From assembly GCA_964493085.1 (NCBI GenBank), contig CAZBLV010000013.1, forward strand, positions 2,033 to 66,032: a stretch of DNA of 64,000 nt. The letters are read 5' to 3'. Below are positions 1 through 9,204 of the stretch, piece by piece. Under the pieces are notes generated by a model, which saw nothing but the letters and a program-made list of their open reading frames with translations, searched no databases and was not told the origin of the DNA. Made by a program: the position numbers and the translations under genes. Within the stretch, counting starts at the first letter, position 1. Each line of letters starts with the position of its first letter. The DNA comes from an uncultured Candidatus Saccharibacteria bacterium (GTDB lineage: Bacteria > Patescibacteriota > Minisyncoccia > Minisyncoccales > GWA2-38-27).

Positions 1-1112
1 TTTCAGCTTACGAAACAGATCTTTTTGACTCTGTTATTAATAAAGCAGAGGAGCTTTCAAAAAAAGAATACAAAGAATACAAAAAAAACTTCAGGGTTGT
101 CGCAGATCATATTCGGGGTGCTGTATTTTTAGCTTCGGACGGAGTTGTCCCCAAAAATATAGAAGAGGGCTATATTTTAAGAAGAATTTTAAGAAGAGCG
201 ATTAGAATAGGCAAGATTTTAAAAATGCCCGATAACTTCCTTGTTCTTTTAGCCAAAGAAGTGATTAAAAAATACAGCTTAACTTATCTTGAGCTAAGAT
301 CTAGACAAGAAGAAATCCTAACTGTAATTCAAAAAGAACAGGAAAAGTTTAAAAAAACCTTGGATAAGGGTTTAAAGATTTTAAGCACCAGAATCAATGC
401 CCAAAATTATAAACCCGGAAAGAAAATAAAAAACATACCAGATGTTTCTTCGGGTTTTACGCCAAACCACCTTACGGGAAAATGGGTTTTTAATTTTTAC
501 CAAAATTTTGGTTTTCCTCCAGAGATTATTTTTGAAGAACTAGAAAATCAAGGAATAATTATTTCAAAAGAAGAAAAACAGAGAATTTTAAAAGAATTTC
601 AGGAGGAAACAAAACGCCATAAAGAAATTTCCAGAGCCGGAGCAGAGAAAAAGTTCGGAGGAGTGGGCAAGGAAGCAGGGGATGAGGAAGCCAAGTTTCA
701 TACTGCTACTCATCTTCTTCATCAGGCCCTAAGAGAGGTTTTGGGGGAGAAAGTAAAGCAAATGGGATCTGACATTAATTCAGAGAGGATGAGGTTTGAC
801 TTTTCTTATTCTGAAAAAATGACTGAAGAGCAGAAAGAAAAGGTAGAAAAAATTGTAAACCAGAAGATCAAGGAAGGCCTGGAAGTGAGAAAAGAAAAAA
901 TGTTGTTAAGCCAAGCCCTGGACAGCGGCGCCTTGGCTTTCTTTAGGGAGAAATACCCAGAAGAAGTTAACGTTTTTTCGATCGGCGATTTTTCCAAGGA
1001 AATATGCGCAGGTCCTCATGTCAGCAATACTTCAGAATTAGGAGAGTTTAAGATTACAAGCGAAAAATCGTCCGGAGCCGGAGTAAGAAGAATTAAGGCG
1101 ATATTGAAATAA
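1..1112 (+). CDS. alaS: alanyl-tRNA synthetase, 3' portion (gene starts upstream of the window)
   Basis: Frame 3 is open from nt 3. Translation upstream of the tracked Met reads VADHIRGAVFLASDGVVP...GYILRRILRRA, an AlaRS signature. The editing-domain motifs FHTATHLLHQALR and CAGPHV follow. The protein ends just after GAGVRRIKAILK, so no C-Ala domain is present. Confidence 0.9.
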   Translation, partial: SAYETDLFDSVINKAEELSKKEYKEYKKNFRVVADHIRGAVFLASDGVVPKNIEEGYILRRILRRAIRIGKILKMPDNFLVLLAKEVIKKYSLTYLELRSRQEEILTVIQKEQEKFKKTLDKGLKILSTRINAQNYKPGKKIKNIPDVSSGFTPNHLTGKWVFNFYQNFGFPPEIIFEELENQGIIISKEEKQRILKEFQEETKRHKEISRAGAEKKFGGVGKEAGDEEAKFHTATHLLHQALREVLGEKVKQMGSDINSERMRFDFSYSEKMTEEQKEKVEKIVNQKIKEGLEVRKEKMLLSQALDSGALAFFREKYPEEVNVFSIGDFSKEICAGPHVSNTSELGEFKITSEKSSGAGVRRIKAILK

Positions 1113-1151
1113 CCATTTTTATTTTGGCAGTTTTGCAAGTATAATTAAACA

Positions 1152-2369
1152 ATGAGGCTGAATTTTTTGAAAAAAAAGAAGAAGAATCCCTTTTTGGGGC
1201 TTGATATTGGCACAGAATCAGTGAAGGCAGCTGTTTTTTGGAAAGAGAAAGCAGAAGACTGCAGGGTTTTAGGGTATGCCTGCAATCATTATGAAAAATA
1301 CGGTATATTCAATACCCGGGAGTTTTTCAAAGACCTTCTGAAAAACACTATTTTAAAAACAATCAAGGAGGCAAAAGAGAGCGTCGCTGCGTCTGGAGAC
1401 TCGTCTCAGCTAAAGGATAGAGACGTCAGCAAAGAGTGGAACACGGTTCTAACTTTCAATCCCGAGCATTTAAAAACCAGAATTGATCAGGTTTCCCTTG
1501 AGAGGGAAAAGGGAGAAAAGACTATATCGAAAAAGGAAGAGAGAAACATTAAAGAGAGGGTTCTCGTTCGGGCCAGGAAAAAAATTTCAAGTCAGTTTGC
1601 CAGAGAGTCCGGAATTTTAGCCGGAGAGATAGAATGGATTTCTTTTAAGATGCTAGAGAAAAGGATTGACGGCTACAGAGTTGCCGGTCTGGCGGGTCAC
1701 AAAGGGAAAAGGCTGGATTTTGAAATTATGGCTGTTTTTTCGCCTGAATATTATTTAAGAAGGATAGAGTCTCTTCTGAAAGAAATAAACCTTAAGGTTA
1801 TTAAAATTCTTTCTCTTGCAGAAAGCATTCCCTCTCAAAAAAGAGAAATGTTTTTGGATATAGGCGGGAGCGTTAGCCAAGGAATTTGTTTTAAAGAGGG
1901 CCGGCCCAAGCATGTTTTTGAATTTAACAAAGGCGGGCATGGTTTTACAGAAACCCTTTCTGACAGTTTGGGGATTGATGAAGCCGTTGCCGAAAACCTT
2001 AAAAAAAGATATTCTAGCCTTGATTTGCAAAAAGATACGGAGAAGAAAATAAGGAATATTTTTGCTCCCCAAAGAAGATCTTGGTACAATAGTTTTAAGG
2101 ATAAAACAAGTTCTGCCCGTTTTGTTCCCTCAATTTTGAATATCATAGGAGGAGGAGCTGAGATTCCTGACACCAAAGATGCTCTAAAGGAAGAACTAGC
2201 AGCCGATTTTAAGAAATCTGAGTTCCGCTATCTTCCAGAAGTAAAGAAAGTTTATCCCAAAGATATTGAAAAGGGTCTGAAAATTTTAACAAAAGGAGTA
2301 GACAGCACTCAAGCCATGCCGCTTTTGTTTGTCTGTTCCAATTTTAATCTTAAAGAAAATGAGCAATAA
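1152..2369 (+). CDS. actin-fold ATPase, FtsA/PilM-like, highly diverged
   Basis: It has the N-terminal phosphate-1 motif LGLDIGTESVKAAVF, then DIGGSVS and IIGGGAEIP motifs typical of the FtsA/PilM/MreB fold. No ftsZ or pilN/O genes are adjacent. Confidence 0.5.
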   Translation: MRLNFLKKKKKNPFLGLDIGTESVKAAVFWKEKAEDCRVLGYACNHYEKYGIFNTREFFKDLLKNTILKTIKEAKESVAASGDSSQLKDRDVSKEWNTVLTFNPEHLKTRIDQVSLEREKGEKTISKKEERNIKERVLVRARKKISSQFARESGILAGEIEWISFKMLEKRIDGYRVAGLAGHKGKRLDFEIMAVFSPEYYLRRIESLLKEINLKVIKILSLAESIPSQKREMFLDIGGSVSQGICFKEGRPKHVFEFNKGGHGFTETLSDSLGIDEAVAENLKKRYSSLDLQKDTEKKIRNIFAPQRRSWYNSFKDKTSSARFVPSILNIIGGGAEIPDTKDALKEELAADFKKSEFRYLPEVKKVYPKDIEKGLKILTKGVDSTQAMPLLFVCSNFNLKENEQ

Positions 2370-3606
2370 ATTTTTCGACATTATCCCGCCGGGGGAAGAA
2401 ATTGAAACAGCAGAAGAAAAGCAGGTTTCTTATAAAGATCAGCCTGAAAAGAAAGAGAAAAAGTCTTCTGGAAGAAAGATAAAAAGAGTTGTTATCGGCA
2501 TCGGTTTTCTCCTGCTTCTGGCTGGAGCAGGAATGTTTTTTTTCCGCTCTGCCGAAGTAAGGATTTATCCGCAAGTTACGAATCTTGAGCTTGAGGAAAA
2601 TATCACGATTGTCCCTTCGAAAGAACAAACTGACTTTGTCGCTAAATCTATTCCAGGTGAAATAGTCGAGGTCGAGCAGTCAATGGCTAAAGATTTTTCT
2701 GCTACCGGTAAAACTTCAGAGGAAAAAAGAGCCAGAGGCACGATTAGAGTTTACAACGCTTATTCTACCAGCCCTCAAATTCTAGTTGCTTCCACAAGAT
2801 TTGTTTCTGCTGACGGCAAGCTTTTTCGTTCTGTCCAGAGAGAAACCATATCCGGAGGCCGTTACGAAGAAGGGGAGTTTGTGCCGGGCTATGCTGATAT
2901 AGAGGTGAAGGCGGCGGAGCCGGGCGAAGAATACAACATAGAAGCTACTACTTTTTCTATTCCGGGGTTTTCAGGGACAGACCGCTATACGGATTTTTAC
3001 GGGAAATCTTTCCAAGCCATGGAAGGCGGATATATAGGGGAAATGTCTCAGGTTACCCAAGAGGATCTTGCCAGAGCAAGAGAGCAGGCAATAGACCAGG
3101 CTAAAAGAGAAAGCAGGGACTTGTTGGGGGAGAGAGTTTCCCAAGAATTTGATATTGCAGAAGAAACTATTGTCCAAGAAATACTTTCAGAGGCAGCTTC
3201 AGCTCAAGCCGGGGATGTTGCAGAAACCTTTAATTATCAAGTTGAGGTCAAAACAACGGGTTTGTCTTTTAAAAAGAGCTATTTGCAGGATTTTGCCGAC
3301 AATCTTCTTAATTTGAGCTTGCCTGAGAAAAAAAAGATAAAAGAAGGCACTCGGGAATTCAGCTATTCTGTTATAGAGGCAAAAGACAGCGGAGCAGACC
3401 TTAAAATCAAAGTTCAAGCAAAAGCTTATTACGATCTGGATCTGACCGCCCTCAAAGGTTTTTTGGCCGGCCAGAGCCGGCAGGAGGCAGAGATTATGCT
3501 GAATAACCAGCCGGGCATAGAAAGAGCGGAAATAGACTTGGGAGGATTTTGGAACAGAAAATTTCCCAAAAAGCCGGAAGAGATAAAAATAGAGCTTCTT
3601 TTCTAA
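2359..3606 (+). CDS. hypothetical membrane-anchored protein
   Basis: The ATG at 2359 (MSNKFFDIIPP...) overlaps the upstream gene by 11 nt. There is one TM helix (VVIGIGFLLLLAGAGMFFF) followed by ~350 aa with no recognisable motif. Confidence 0.6.
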   Translation: MSNKFFDIIPPGEEIETAEEKQVSYKDQPEKKEKKSSGRKIKRVVIGIGFLLLLAGAGMFFFRSAEVRIYPQVTNLELEENITIVPSKEQTDFVAKSIPGEIVEVEQSMAKDFSATGKTSEEKRARGTIRVYNAYSTSPQILVASTRFVSADGKLFRSVQRETISGGRYEEGEFVPGYADIEVKAAEPGEEYNIEATTFSIPGFSGTDRYTDFYGKSFQAMEGGYIGEMSQVTQEDLARAREQAIDQAKRESRDLLGERVSQEFDIAEETIVQEILSEAASAQAGDVAETFNYQVEVKTTGLSFKKSYLQDFADNLLNLSLPEKKKIKEGTREFSYSVIEAKDSGADLKIKVQAKAYYDLDLTALKGFLAGQSRQEAEIMLNNQPGIERAEIDLGGFWNRKFPKKPEEIKIELLF

Positions 3607-3667
3607 AAGAATCGCCTTCTTAAGTGTTGACTTAATTGAGAAAGTTTGATAAATTGTATAATTACAA

Positions 3668-3892
3668 ATGCCAAAAACAGATAAAAATACGCATCGCACG
3701 CAAGGCGTTGTTTTAGAAAATTTGCCCAGTACCAATTTTAAGGTAAGATTGGATAGCGGGAAGGAAATAATTGCTCATTTAGCCGGAAAATTAAGAATCC
3801 ATAGGATTAAAATCCTTCCGGGCGACAATGTTACAGTTGAGATGAGCTCTTATGACGAAGACAGGGGACGGATAGTCTACAGGAACAAATAG
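3668..3892 (+). CDS. infA: translation initiation factor IF-1
   Basis: 74 aa with an S1-like fold sequence: [58 protein letters not shown]. Confidence 0.95.
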   Translation: MPKTDKNTHRTQGVVLENLPSTNFKVRLDSGKEIIAHLAGKLRIHRIKILPGDNVTVEMSSYDEDRGRIVYRNK

Positions 3893-3916
3893 AGGGATTG
3901 GGGAATTGAATAAATT

Positions 3917-4030
3917 ATGAAAGTCAGACCTTCAGTCAAGAAAATTTGTAAACATTGCAAAATCGTCCGAAGGAAGGGGCGTATTTATGTTATTTGCTCT
4001 AATCCTAAGCATAAACAAAGGCAAGGTTAA
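3917..4030 (+). CDS. rpmJ: ribosomal protein L36 (not in the supplied ORF track)
   Basis: Hand translation gives [37 protein letters not shown] (37 aa). It has the CxxC...C...H zinc ribbon and sits in the classic position between infA and rpsM. Confidence 0.9.
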   Translation: MKVRPSVKKICKHCKIVRRKGRIYVICSNPKHKQRQG

Positions 4031-4038
4031 TAAAAATT

Positions 4039-4428
4039 ATGCCAAGAATAGCAGGCACCAACATACCAGAACAAAAACAGATTGAAATATCCTTAACGCA
4101 TGTTTACGGCATAGGGAGAAGTTTGAGCAGAAAAATTCTTAAAGATGCAGGCATTAATCCAAAAGAAAAAACTTCAGATTTAAAGGCAGAAGAAATTAAC
4201 AAATTAAGAGATGCAGTTGAAAAGAAATACGCCACAGAGGGAGACTTAAGAAGGAGGGTAGCGAGCGACATTAAAAGGCTTAAAGAAATAGGATGCTGGC
4301 GGGGGACAAGGCATTATAAGTCTCTTCCTGTCAGAGGCCAGCGCACAAAAACAAACAGCAGAACAGTAAGGGGCAATGTTAGAAAAACCGTTGGCTCTGG
4401 GAAAAAGCCCGCTCCTGAAGCAACCTAA
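4039..4428 (+). CDS. rpsM: ribosomal protein S13
   Basis: MPRIAGTNIPEQKQIEISLTHVYGIGRSLS...; operon context. Confidence 0.95.
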   Translation: MPRIAGTNIPEQKQIEISLTHVYGIGRSLSRKILKDAGINPKEKTSDLKAEEINKLRDAVEKKYATEGDLRRRVASDIKRLKEIGCWRGTRHYKSLPVRGQRTKTNSRTVRGNVRKTVGSGKKPAPEAT

Positions 4429-4437
4429 TTTTTATTT

Positions 4438-4890
4438 ATGGGAAAAAAAAGAATTATCGAGAAAAGTGAAGAGGAGCTAATTAAAGAGCGCGAAAAGGTA
4501 GAAGCCGGAGTGAAGAAAGAATTCAAGGCCTCGCAGACCCCTCAAAGAAGAGAGGGCAGAATTTATATATCTTCTTCTTATAACAACACAACCATAACCC
4601 TTACTGACGCCAAGGGCAATGTCCTGACTTGGGCAAGCGCAGGCTCTATAGGGTTTAAGGGGACTAAAAAAGCGACCCCTTTTGCCGCTTCCAAAGTGGC
4701 AGAAGCCATTGCTCTGGCTGCCAACAAGCTGAAAATGAAGAAATTCTCTGTTTTTGTCAAAGGTATCGGAGGAGGGCGTGATTCTGCCATGAGATCGTTA
4801 GCTGCCCGCGGACTGGAAATAATTTCTGTTAAAGACTGCACCCCTATTCCTCATAACGGCTGCAGGCCGCCTAAAGCAAGACGAGTTTAA
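4438..4890 (+). CDS. rpsK: ribosomal protein S11 (with ~35-aa basic N-terminal extension)
   Basis: [45 protein letters not shown]...RPPKARRV. Confidence 0.95.
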   Translation: MGKKRIIEKSEEELIKEREKVEAGVKKEFKASQTPQRREGRIYISSSYNNTTITLTDAKGNVLTWASAGSIGFKGTKKATPFAASKVAEAIALAANKLKMKKFSVFVKGIGGGRDSAMRSLAARGLEIISVKDCTPIPHNGCRPPKARRV

Positions 4891-4892
4891 TT

Positions 4893-5522
4893 ATGCAAGA
4901 AAATAAATGCAAAATTTGCAGAAGGCTCGGGACAAAACTTTTTCTTAAAGGAGACAGGTGTTTTTCTCAAAAATGCGCTTTGCTTAGAAAGTCTTATCCC
5001 CCTGGCCAGAAAAGCAAAAAACGAAGGAGGAATATTTCAGAATACGGAAAAGAGCTTCAGGAAAAACAAAAACTTAGAAGATGGTATCAGCTTAAAGAGG
5101 GACAATTTAGAAAATATGTCCTATCAGCCCTTGCAAAGAGGGGGCAGGTTGAAGACGCCGGAACTTTTCTTATTCAAAAACTGGAGAAAAGACTCGACAA
5201 TGTTATATTCAGAATGGGCATAACTCCTTCGCGCCACCGGGCCAGACAGATAGTGGGGCACGGCCATGTGCTGGTAAACGGAAGAAAGATAGATACGCCC
5301 TCTTACGAAGTAAAAAATGGAGACTTGGTTTCTCTTAAGCCTGCAAGCTTAGAAAAGGACGGCTTTAAGGATATTGCTTCTTTGCTAAAAAGATATCAGG
5401 CGCCGTCTTGGATTAATTTGGATAAAGAAAAAATAGAAGCAAAGATTATTGGAGACCCCTCTATGGAGGATGTTGTTCCTCCCGCTGAAGTCTCTGCGAT
5501 TTTTGAGTTTTACTCAAGATAA
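4893..5522 (+). CDS. rpsD: ribosomal protein S4
   Basis: N-terminal Cys cluster CKICRRLGTKLFLKGDRCFSQKC, and an S4 RNA-binding domain RLDNVIFRMGITPSRHRARQIVGHGHVLVNG. Confidence 0.95.
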   Translation: MQENKCKICRRLGTKLFLKGDRCFSQKCALLRKSYPPGQKSKKRRRNISEYGKELQEKQKLRRWYQLKEGQFRKYVLSALAKRGQVEDAGTFLIQKLEKRLDNVIFRMGITPSRHRARQIVGHGHVLVNGRKIDTPSYEVKNGDLVSLKPASLEKDGFKDIASLLKRYQAPSWINLDKEKIEAKIIGDPSMEDVVPPAEVSAIFEFYSR

Positions 5523-5541
5523 TAAATTATATATAAAATAT

Positions 5542-6471
5542 ATGATTCTTTTGCCAAAATCTCCTAAAGTTGTTGATAAAAAGGATAACTGGGCCCGGAT
5601 TGAAATAGGGGGGCTTTACCCCGGATACGGATTGACTATCGGCAACAGCCTAAGAAGGGTTTTGCTTTCTTCTTTGGAAGGCGTAGCTATAACCCAAGCG
5701 AAAATAAAAGGGGTCCAGCATGAATTTTCAACTATTCCCGGAGTCCTTGAAGATGTAGTGACTATAATGATGAATCTGAAAAAAGCCAGATTTAAAATGC
5801 ATGGCGAAGGTCCCCAAAAAGCCACACTTAAAGCAAAGGGAGAAAAAAAGATATCAGGCAAAGACCTTAAGCTTCCCAGCCAAATAGAGCTGGCGAATAA
5901 GGACTGCCATATAGCCTCGCTGACCAGCAAGAACGCAGAGCTAGAGATGGAAATTACCGTTGAAAAAGGGGTGGGATATGAGCCCGTGGAAAGAAGAAAA
6001 AGAGAAGGAAAATTGGAGATCGGGACAATTCCTGTTGACGCTATTTTTACTCCGGTTCGCAAAGTAAGCTACAGAACAGAAAATATGAGAGTGGGGGAAA
6101 GGACAGATTTTGACAAATTAACCCTAGAGGTTGAAACCGACGGCTCTGTTGATCCCATGCGAGCCCTTTCTGAGGCCGCCGACATTTTAATCAAGCACTT
6201 TTCTTTGATTACAGAAGAAAAAAAGGAAGACAAACCTGAGAAAAAAGAGGATTCGGAAGAGAAGGAAGACTTCAGCAAAATAAAAGTTGAAGACCTTGGG
6301 CTTTCTTCCAGAACAGAAAGCGTTCTCCAAGACAATAATATCAAGACAGTAGGGGGAATCTTGAGAAAGAAAGAAGATGACTTGTTAAATCTTTCCGGAA
6401 TGGGAGACAAGGGGATTAAGGAGATAAAAAAAGCTTTGAAGAAATACAGTCTGGAACTTAAAGCAGAATAA
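5542..6471 (+). CDS. rpoA: DNA-directed RNA polymerase alpha subunit
   Basis: The start is taken at ATG 5542 (MILLPKSPKVV...), because the tracked 5449 start overlaps rpsD. NTD motif GYGLTIGNSLRRVLLSSLEG. The C-terminal domain LGLSSRTESVLQDNNIKTVGGIL follows a KE-rich linker. Confidence 0.9.
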   Translation: MILLPKSPKVVDKKDNWARIEIGGLYPGYGLTIGNSLRRVLLSSLEGVAITQAKIKGVQHEFSTIPGVLEDVVTIMMNLKKARFKMHGEGPQKATLKAKGEKKISGKDLKLPSQIELANKDCHIASLTSKNAELEMEITVEKGVGYEPVERRKREGKLEIGTIPVDAIFTPVRKVSYRTENMRVGERTDFDKLTLEVETDGSVDPMRALSEAADILIKHFSLITEEKKEDKPEKKEDSEEKEDFSKIKVEDLGLSSRTESVLQDNNIKTVGGILRKKEDDLLNLSGMGDKGIKEIKKALKKYSLELKAE

Positions 6472-6475
6472 AAAG

Positions 6476-6850
6476 ATGAATAAAAAGAAAAAAGGAAGAA
6501 AATTTTCTAGGAAAAGCCAGCAGAGAAAAGCAATGATAAAATCATTGGCTTCTTCCCTTTTTCTTAAAGAGAAAATCAGGACCACTGAAGCCAAGGCGAA
6601 AGAAGTATCTCCTTTTGCAGAAAAGTCACTTACTAAGGCCAAGAAAGGCGGGGTGCGGGCTATTCGACTGTTAAATAAAGACTACAAAGAAAGCGTTGTC
6701 CAAAAACTAATTCAAAAAATAGCCCCGCTTTTCAGCGAAAGACAGGGAGGATATACAAGAATTACCAAGGTGGGGCCCAGAAAGTCGGATGGAGCCAAAA
6801 TGGCAATAATAGAACTGGTAGAAAAAACCCAAAAACAGCCAAAGAAATAA
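6476..6850 (+). CDS. rplQ: ribosomal protein L17
   Basis: GRKFSRKSQQRKAMIKSLASSLFLKEKIRTTEAKAKEV...GGYTRITKVGPRKSDGAKMAIIELV. Confidence 0.9.
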   Translation: MNKKKKGRKFSRKSQQRKAMIKSLASSLFLKEKIRTTEAKAKEVSPFAEKSLTKAKKGGVRAIRLLNKDYKESVVQKLIQKIAPLFSERQGGYTRITKVGPRKSDGAKMAIIELVEKTQKQPKK

Positions 6851-6855
6851 CATTT

Positions 6856-7206
6856 ATGGAGAAAAACACGCATTTAATTGATGTAGATAATAAAATTATG
6901 GGCCGGATAGCCACTAGGGTGGCCGCTTTGTTAAGAGGCAAAAAAAAGCCTGATTTTAGACCGGATATTGATGCTGGAGATTTTGTGATTATTAAAAACA
7001 TAGAAAAGTTAAGGTTTTCCGGAAACAAGGAAAAGAATAAAATTTATTACAGCCACAGCGGATATTTAGGAAACTTAAAGAAAAAACCTTTAGGTAAATT
7101 TTTTAAAGAAAATCCGGAAAAAGTTTTTAGAAAAGCAGTTTACGGGATGCTTCCCAAGAACAAGCTAAGAGACGTTCAGATTAAAAGGCTTAAATTCCAG
7201 AAATAA
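6856..7206 (+). CDS. rplM: ribosomal protein L13 (short form)
   Basis: IDVDNKIMGRIATRVAALLRGKKKPDFRPDIDAGDFVIIKN...YYSHSGYLGNLK. Confidence 0.9.
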   Translation: MEKNTHLIDVDNKIMGRIATRVAALLRGKKKPDFRPDIDAGDFVIIKNIEKLRFSGNKEKNKIYYSHSGYLGNLKKKPLGKFFKENPEKVFRKAVYGMLPKNKLRDVQIKRLKFQK

Positions 7207-7208
7207 TT

Positions 7209-7634
7209 ATGCCCAAGAACACTAAAGAGAAAGAATCTAAAAAAGAAAAGTATTTTGAGTCCGTGGGGAAAAGAAAAACAGCCGTAGCCCGAGTTCGCCT
7301 TTTCGAAAAAGGAAAGGGAAAGTTTACAATAAACGACAAAGACCTTAAAAAATATTTCCCAACATCAGACCTTCAAAAGATAGCAACTGAAGCCCTGGAA
7401 AAAACAGATTATTCGGGCAAGTTTGATGTATCGGTGAAAGTAACTGGATCCGGCATACATTCTCAGGCCGAAGCCATAAGGCACGGTATTTCCCGCAGCT
7501 TAGTTGAGTTTGACAGCGAGCTTAGAAGAAAATTGAGAAGAGCAGGATTTTTAACCAGAGATCCAAGGCAAAGAGAAAGGAAGAAATTCGGTCTTAGGAG
7601 AGCAAGAAGAGCTCGGCAGTGGCGCAAAAGGTAA
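7209..7634 (+). CDS. rpsI: ribosomal protein S9
   Basis: GKRKTAVARVRL...GSGIHSQAEAIRHGISRSL...RDPRQRERKKFGLRRARRARQWRKR. Confidence 0.95.
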   Translation: MPKNTKEKESKKEKYFESVGKRKTAVARVRLFEKGKGKFTINDKDLKKYFPTSDLQKIATEALEKTDYSGKFDVSVKVTGSGIHSQAEAIRHGISRSLVEFDSELRRKLRRAGFLTRDPRQRERKKFGLRRARRARQWRKR

Positions 7635-7664
7635 AGCTATTTGGAGAAAAAACACGTTACCGAT

Positions 7665-7689
7665 GCCGGGGGCGCCCGGCTCTTTTTTT
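7665..7689 (+). terminator. rho-independent terminator after rpsI
   Basis: GCCGGG-ggcg-CCCGGC hairpin (7665-7680) followed by a T-run (7681-7689). Confidence 0.75.
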
Positions 7690-7737
7690 AAGTTTAAAAA
7701 AACTGCCTGATATCAGATTCTAAAAATAATAGATTCT

Positions 7738-9096
7738 TTAGGGGATCAGGGAGTCGGAACAGAAAAAGTTTTCTCGAGAGAGCAGGCATAGTTTCCCTAT
7801 TTCTTGGTACCAGAATATTTCAGGTTCTGGAAACTCTGCCAGATCAACAGAATTCATCCCATTTCTGTTGTCAATTTCTGAAACCTTTATTTTATCTCCG
7901 CTATTGAATATTAAATAGTGGGGGGTGTACCAAAAAACATTTCCTATTTTTCTTGAAAAGCGGCTGAAAAACTGGATTTCTCCTTTTTCTCTTTTGGGCT
8001 GCCCTGCAATGCTCTCAAGAAAGATTATTCCGATTTCAGATTCGCTGAAATAGCTTATTTTTTTGCTGTCCGGGGAAACTCTTATCCCTTCCACCTCTTC
8101 TGCTATTTTTTCAAACCGGTTTTCCCCTGGTTTCAGTAAGTAGAAGCTTTTCCCTTCCAGCAAAGCGATATGGGAATTCACTTTTTCTATGGTATATTTT
8201 GTCTCTTTTTTTATTAAGAAAGGCTCGTTAGTTATTTTTTCCTGTGAGCTGAGACTGTAGTCGCTTTTTAATAAAAAGCCCTCTTGGTCTAACAAGTAAA
8301 TGCCGTCTTTTTCTAAGGAAACAGCTGCCACTTCTTTCAGGGATCTCTTTTGTCCCATTTCTGACAATTCGTTTTCTCTTAGGTAGAAAATCCTGGAACT
8401 TTCCTCCGGGTGGAAATAAACTTCAGCAGCGCCGGATAATTCTATTTCCTCCAAAGAAGCGGGCAAAGAAGAGATATTTAAAACAAAATACCTTATTTCC
8501 CCTTGTATTCCAGCCTTTAAAAAAGCGTTTTTTCCATCAGGCGTAATCTTTAAGGATATTAAATCAGCGCCCTCTTTTGAAAGATTCTTTTCGGCTACAA
8601 GATGGCTTTTTAAATTTTTATCAGCCTCTATCAGCTTTAAGGACCACTGTTCTTCTTCCAGTTCAGTTATTATTGTTTTTTGGTTTTGAGTAGAAAAAAA
8701 AGACTTTCTAATATTTTTGGAAATGAGGCGGAACTCCGGATTCTCGGGAATCAGAACTATGTTTTTTGCTTCTGTTAATTCTCCTTTCTTTATTTCCAGG
8801 CTTTTCTCCCAGGAATGGTATCCGCTTCTTGCGACCTTAAAAGTGTGGCCGCCGGGGGCAATGTTTTCAATAAGGAGGGATCCGAAAAAAATATCTGTTC
8901 TGCCTTTTCTCTTGTTGTCCAAAAAGACGTTAGTCGTCCGGGGGGCTGTTTTGCAATAAAACATCCCTGGTTTAGTAAATTTTTTTTCTTCCCAATTAAA
9001 GCGCCACCCCATAGAATAAAAAACAAGAAGAGGGGCCACAGTCAAAAAAAGAATAACAAAAAATGCGAAAATTATTCTGCGAGTTCGTTTTTTCAT
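7738..9096 (-). CDS. hypothetical membrane protein with PEGA-like domain
   Basis: The probable start is ATG 9096 (MKKRTRRIIFAFFVILFL...), although the ORF is open to 9171. There is an N-terminal TM helix and a PEGA-like stretch NVFLDNKRKGRTD...APGGHTFKVARSGYHSWEKSLEIK. The rest is unassigned. Confidence 0.6.
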   Translation of the reverse strand: MKKRTRRIIFAFFVILFLTVAPLLVFYSMGWRFNWEEKKFTKPGMFYCKTAPRTTNVFLDNKRKGRTDIFFGSLLIENIAPGGHTFKVARSGYHSWEKSLEIKKGELTEAKNIVLIPENPEFRLISKNIRKSFFSTQNQKTIITELEEEQWSLKLIEADKNLKSHLVAEKNLSKEGADLISLKITPDGKNAFLKAGIQGEIRYFVLNISSLPASLEEIELSGAAEVYFHPEESSRIFYLRENELSEMGQKRSLKEVAAVSLEKDGIYLLDQEGFLLKSDYSLSSQEKITNEPFLIKKETKYTIEKVNSHIALLEGKSFYLLKPGENRFEKIAEEVEGIRVSPDSKKISYFSESEIGIIFLESIAGQPKREKGEIQFFSRFSRKIGNVFWYTPHYLIFNSGDKIKVSEIDNRNGMNSVDLAEFPEPEIFWYQEIGKLCLLSRENFFCSDSLIP

Positions 9097-9204
9097 GCCA
9101 ATAGTGAATTTTACCAGAAAAACAAAAATATCCAAGTTTTTGTACTTCGCATTCCTAGCTTCGCTTGTCATTTGCTTAATTTTGGACTAAGATAGTATAT
9201 AAAG

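Noticed and set aside
5449-5541. The tracked rpoA ORF start at 5449, which overlaps the rpsD 3' end.
   Set aside because: The extension (METPLWRMLFLPLKS...) is the rpsD region read in another frame. ATG 5542 follows the rpsD stop and gives a normal RpoA N-terminus.
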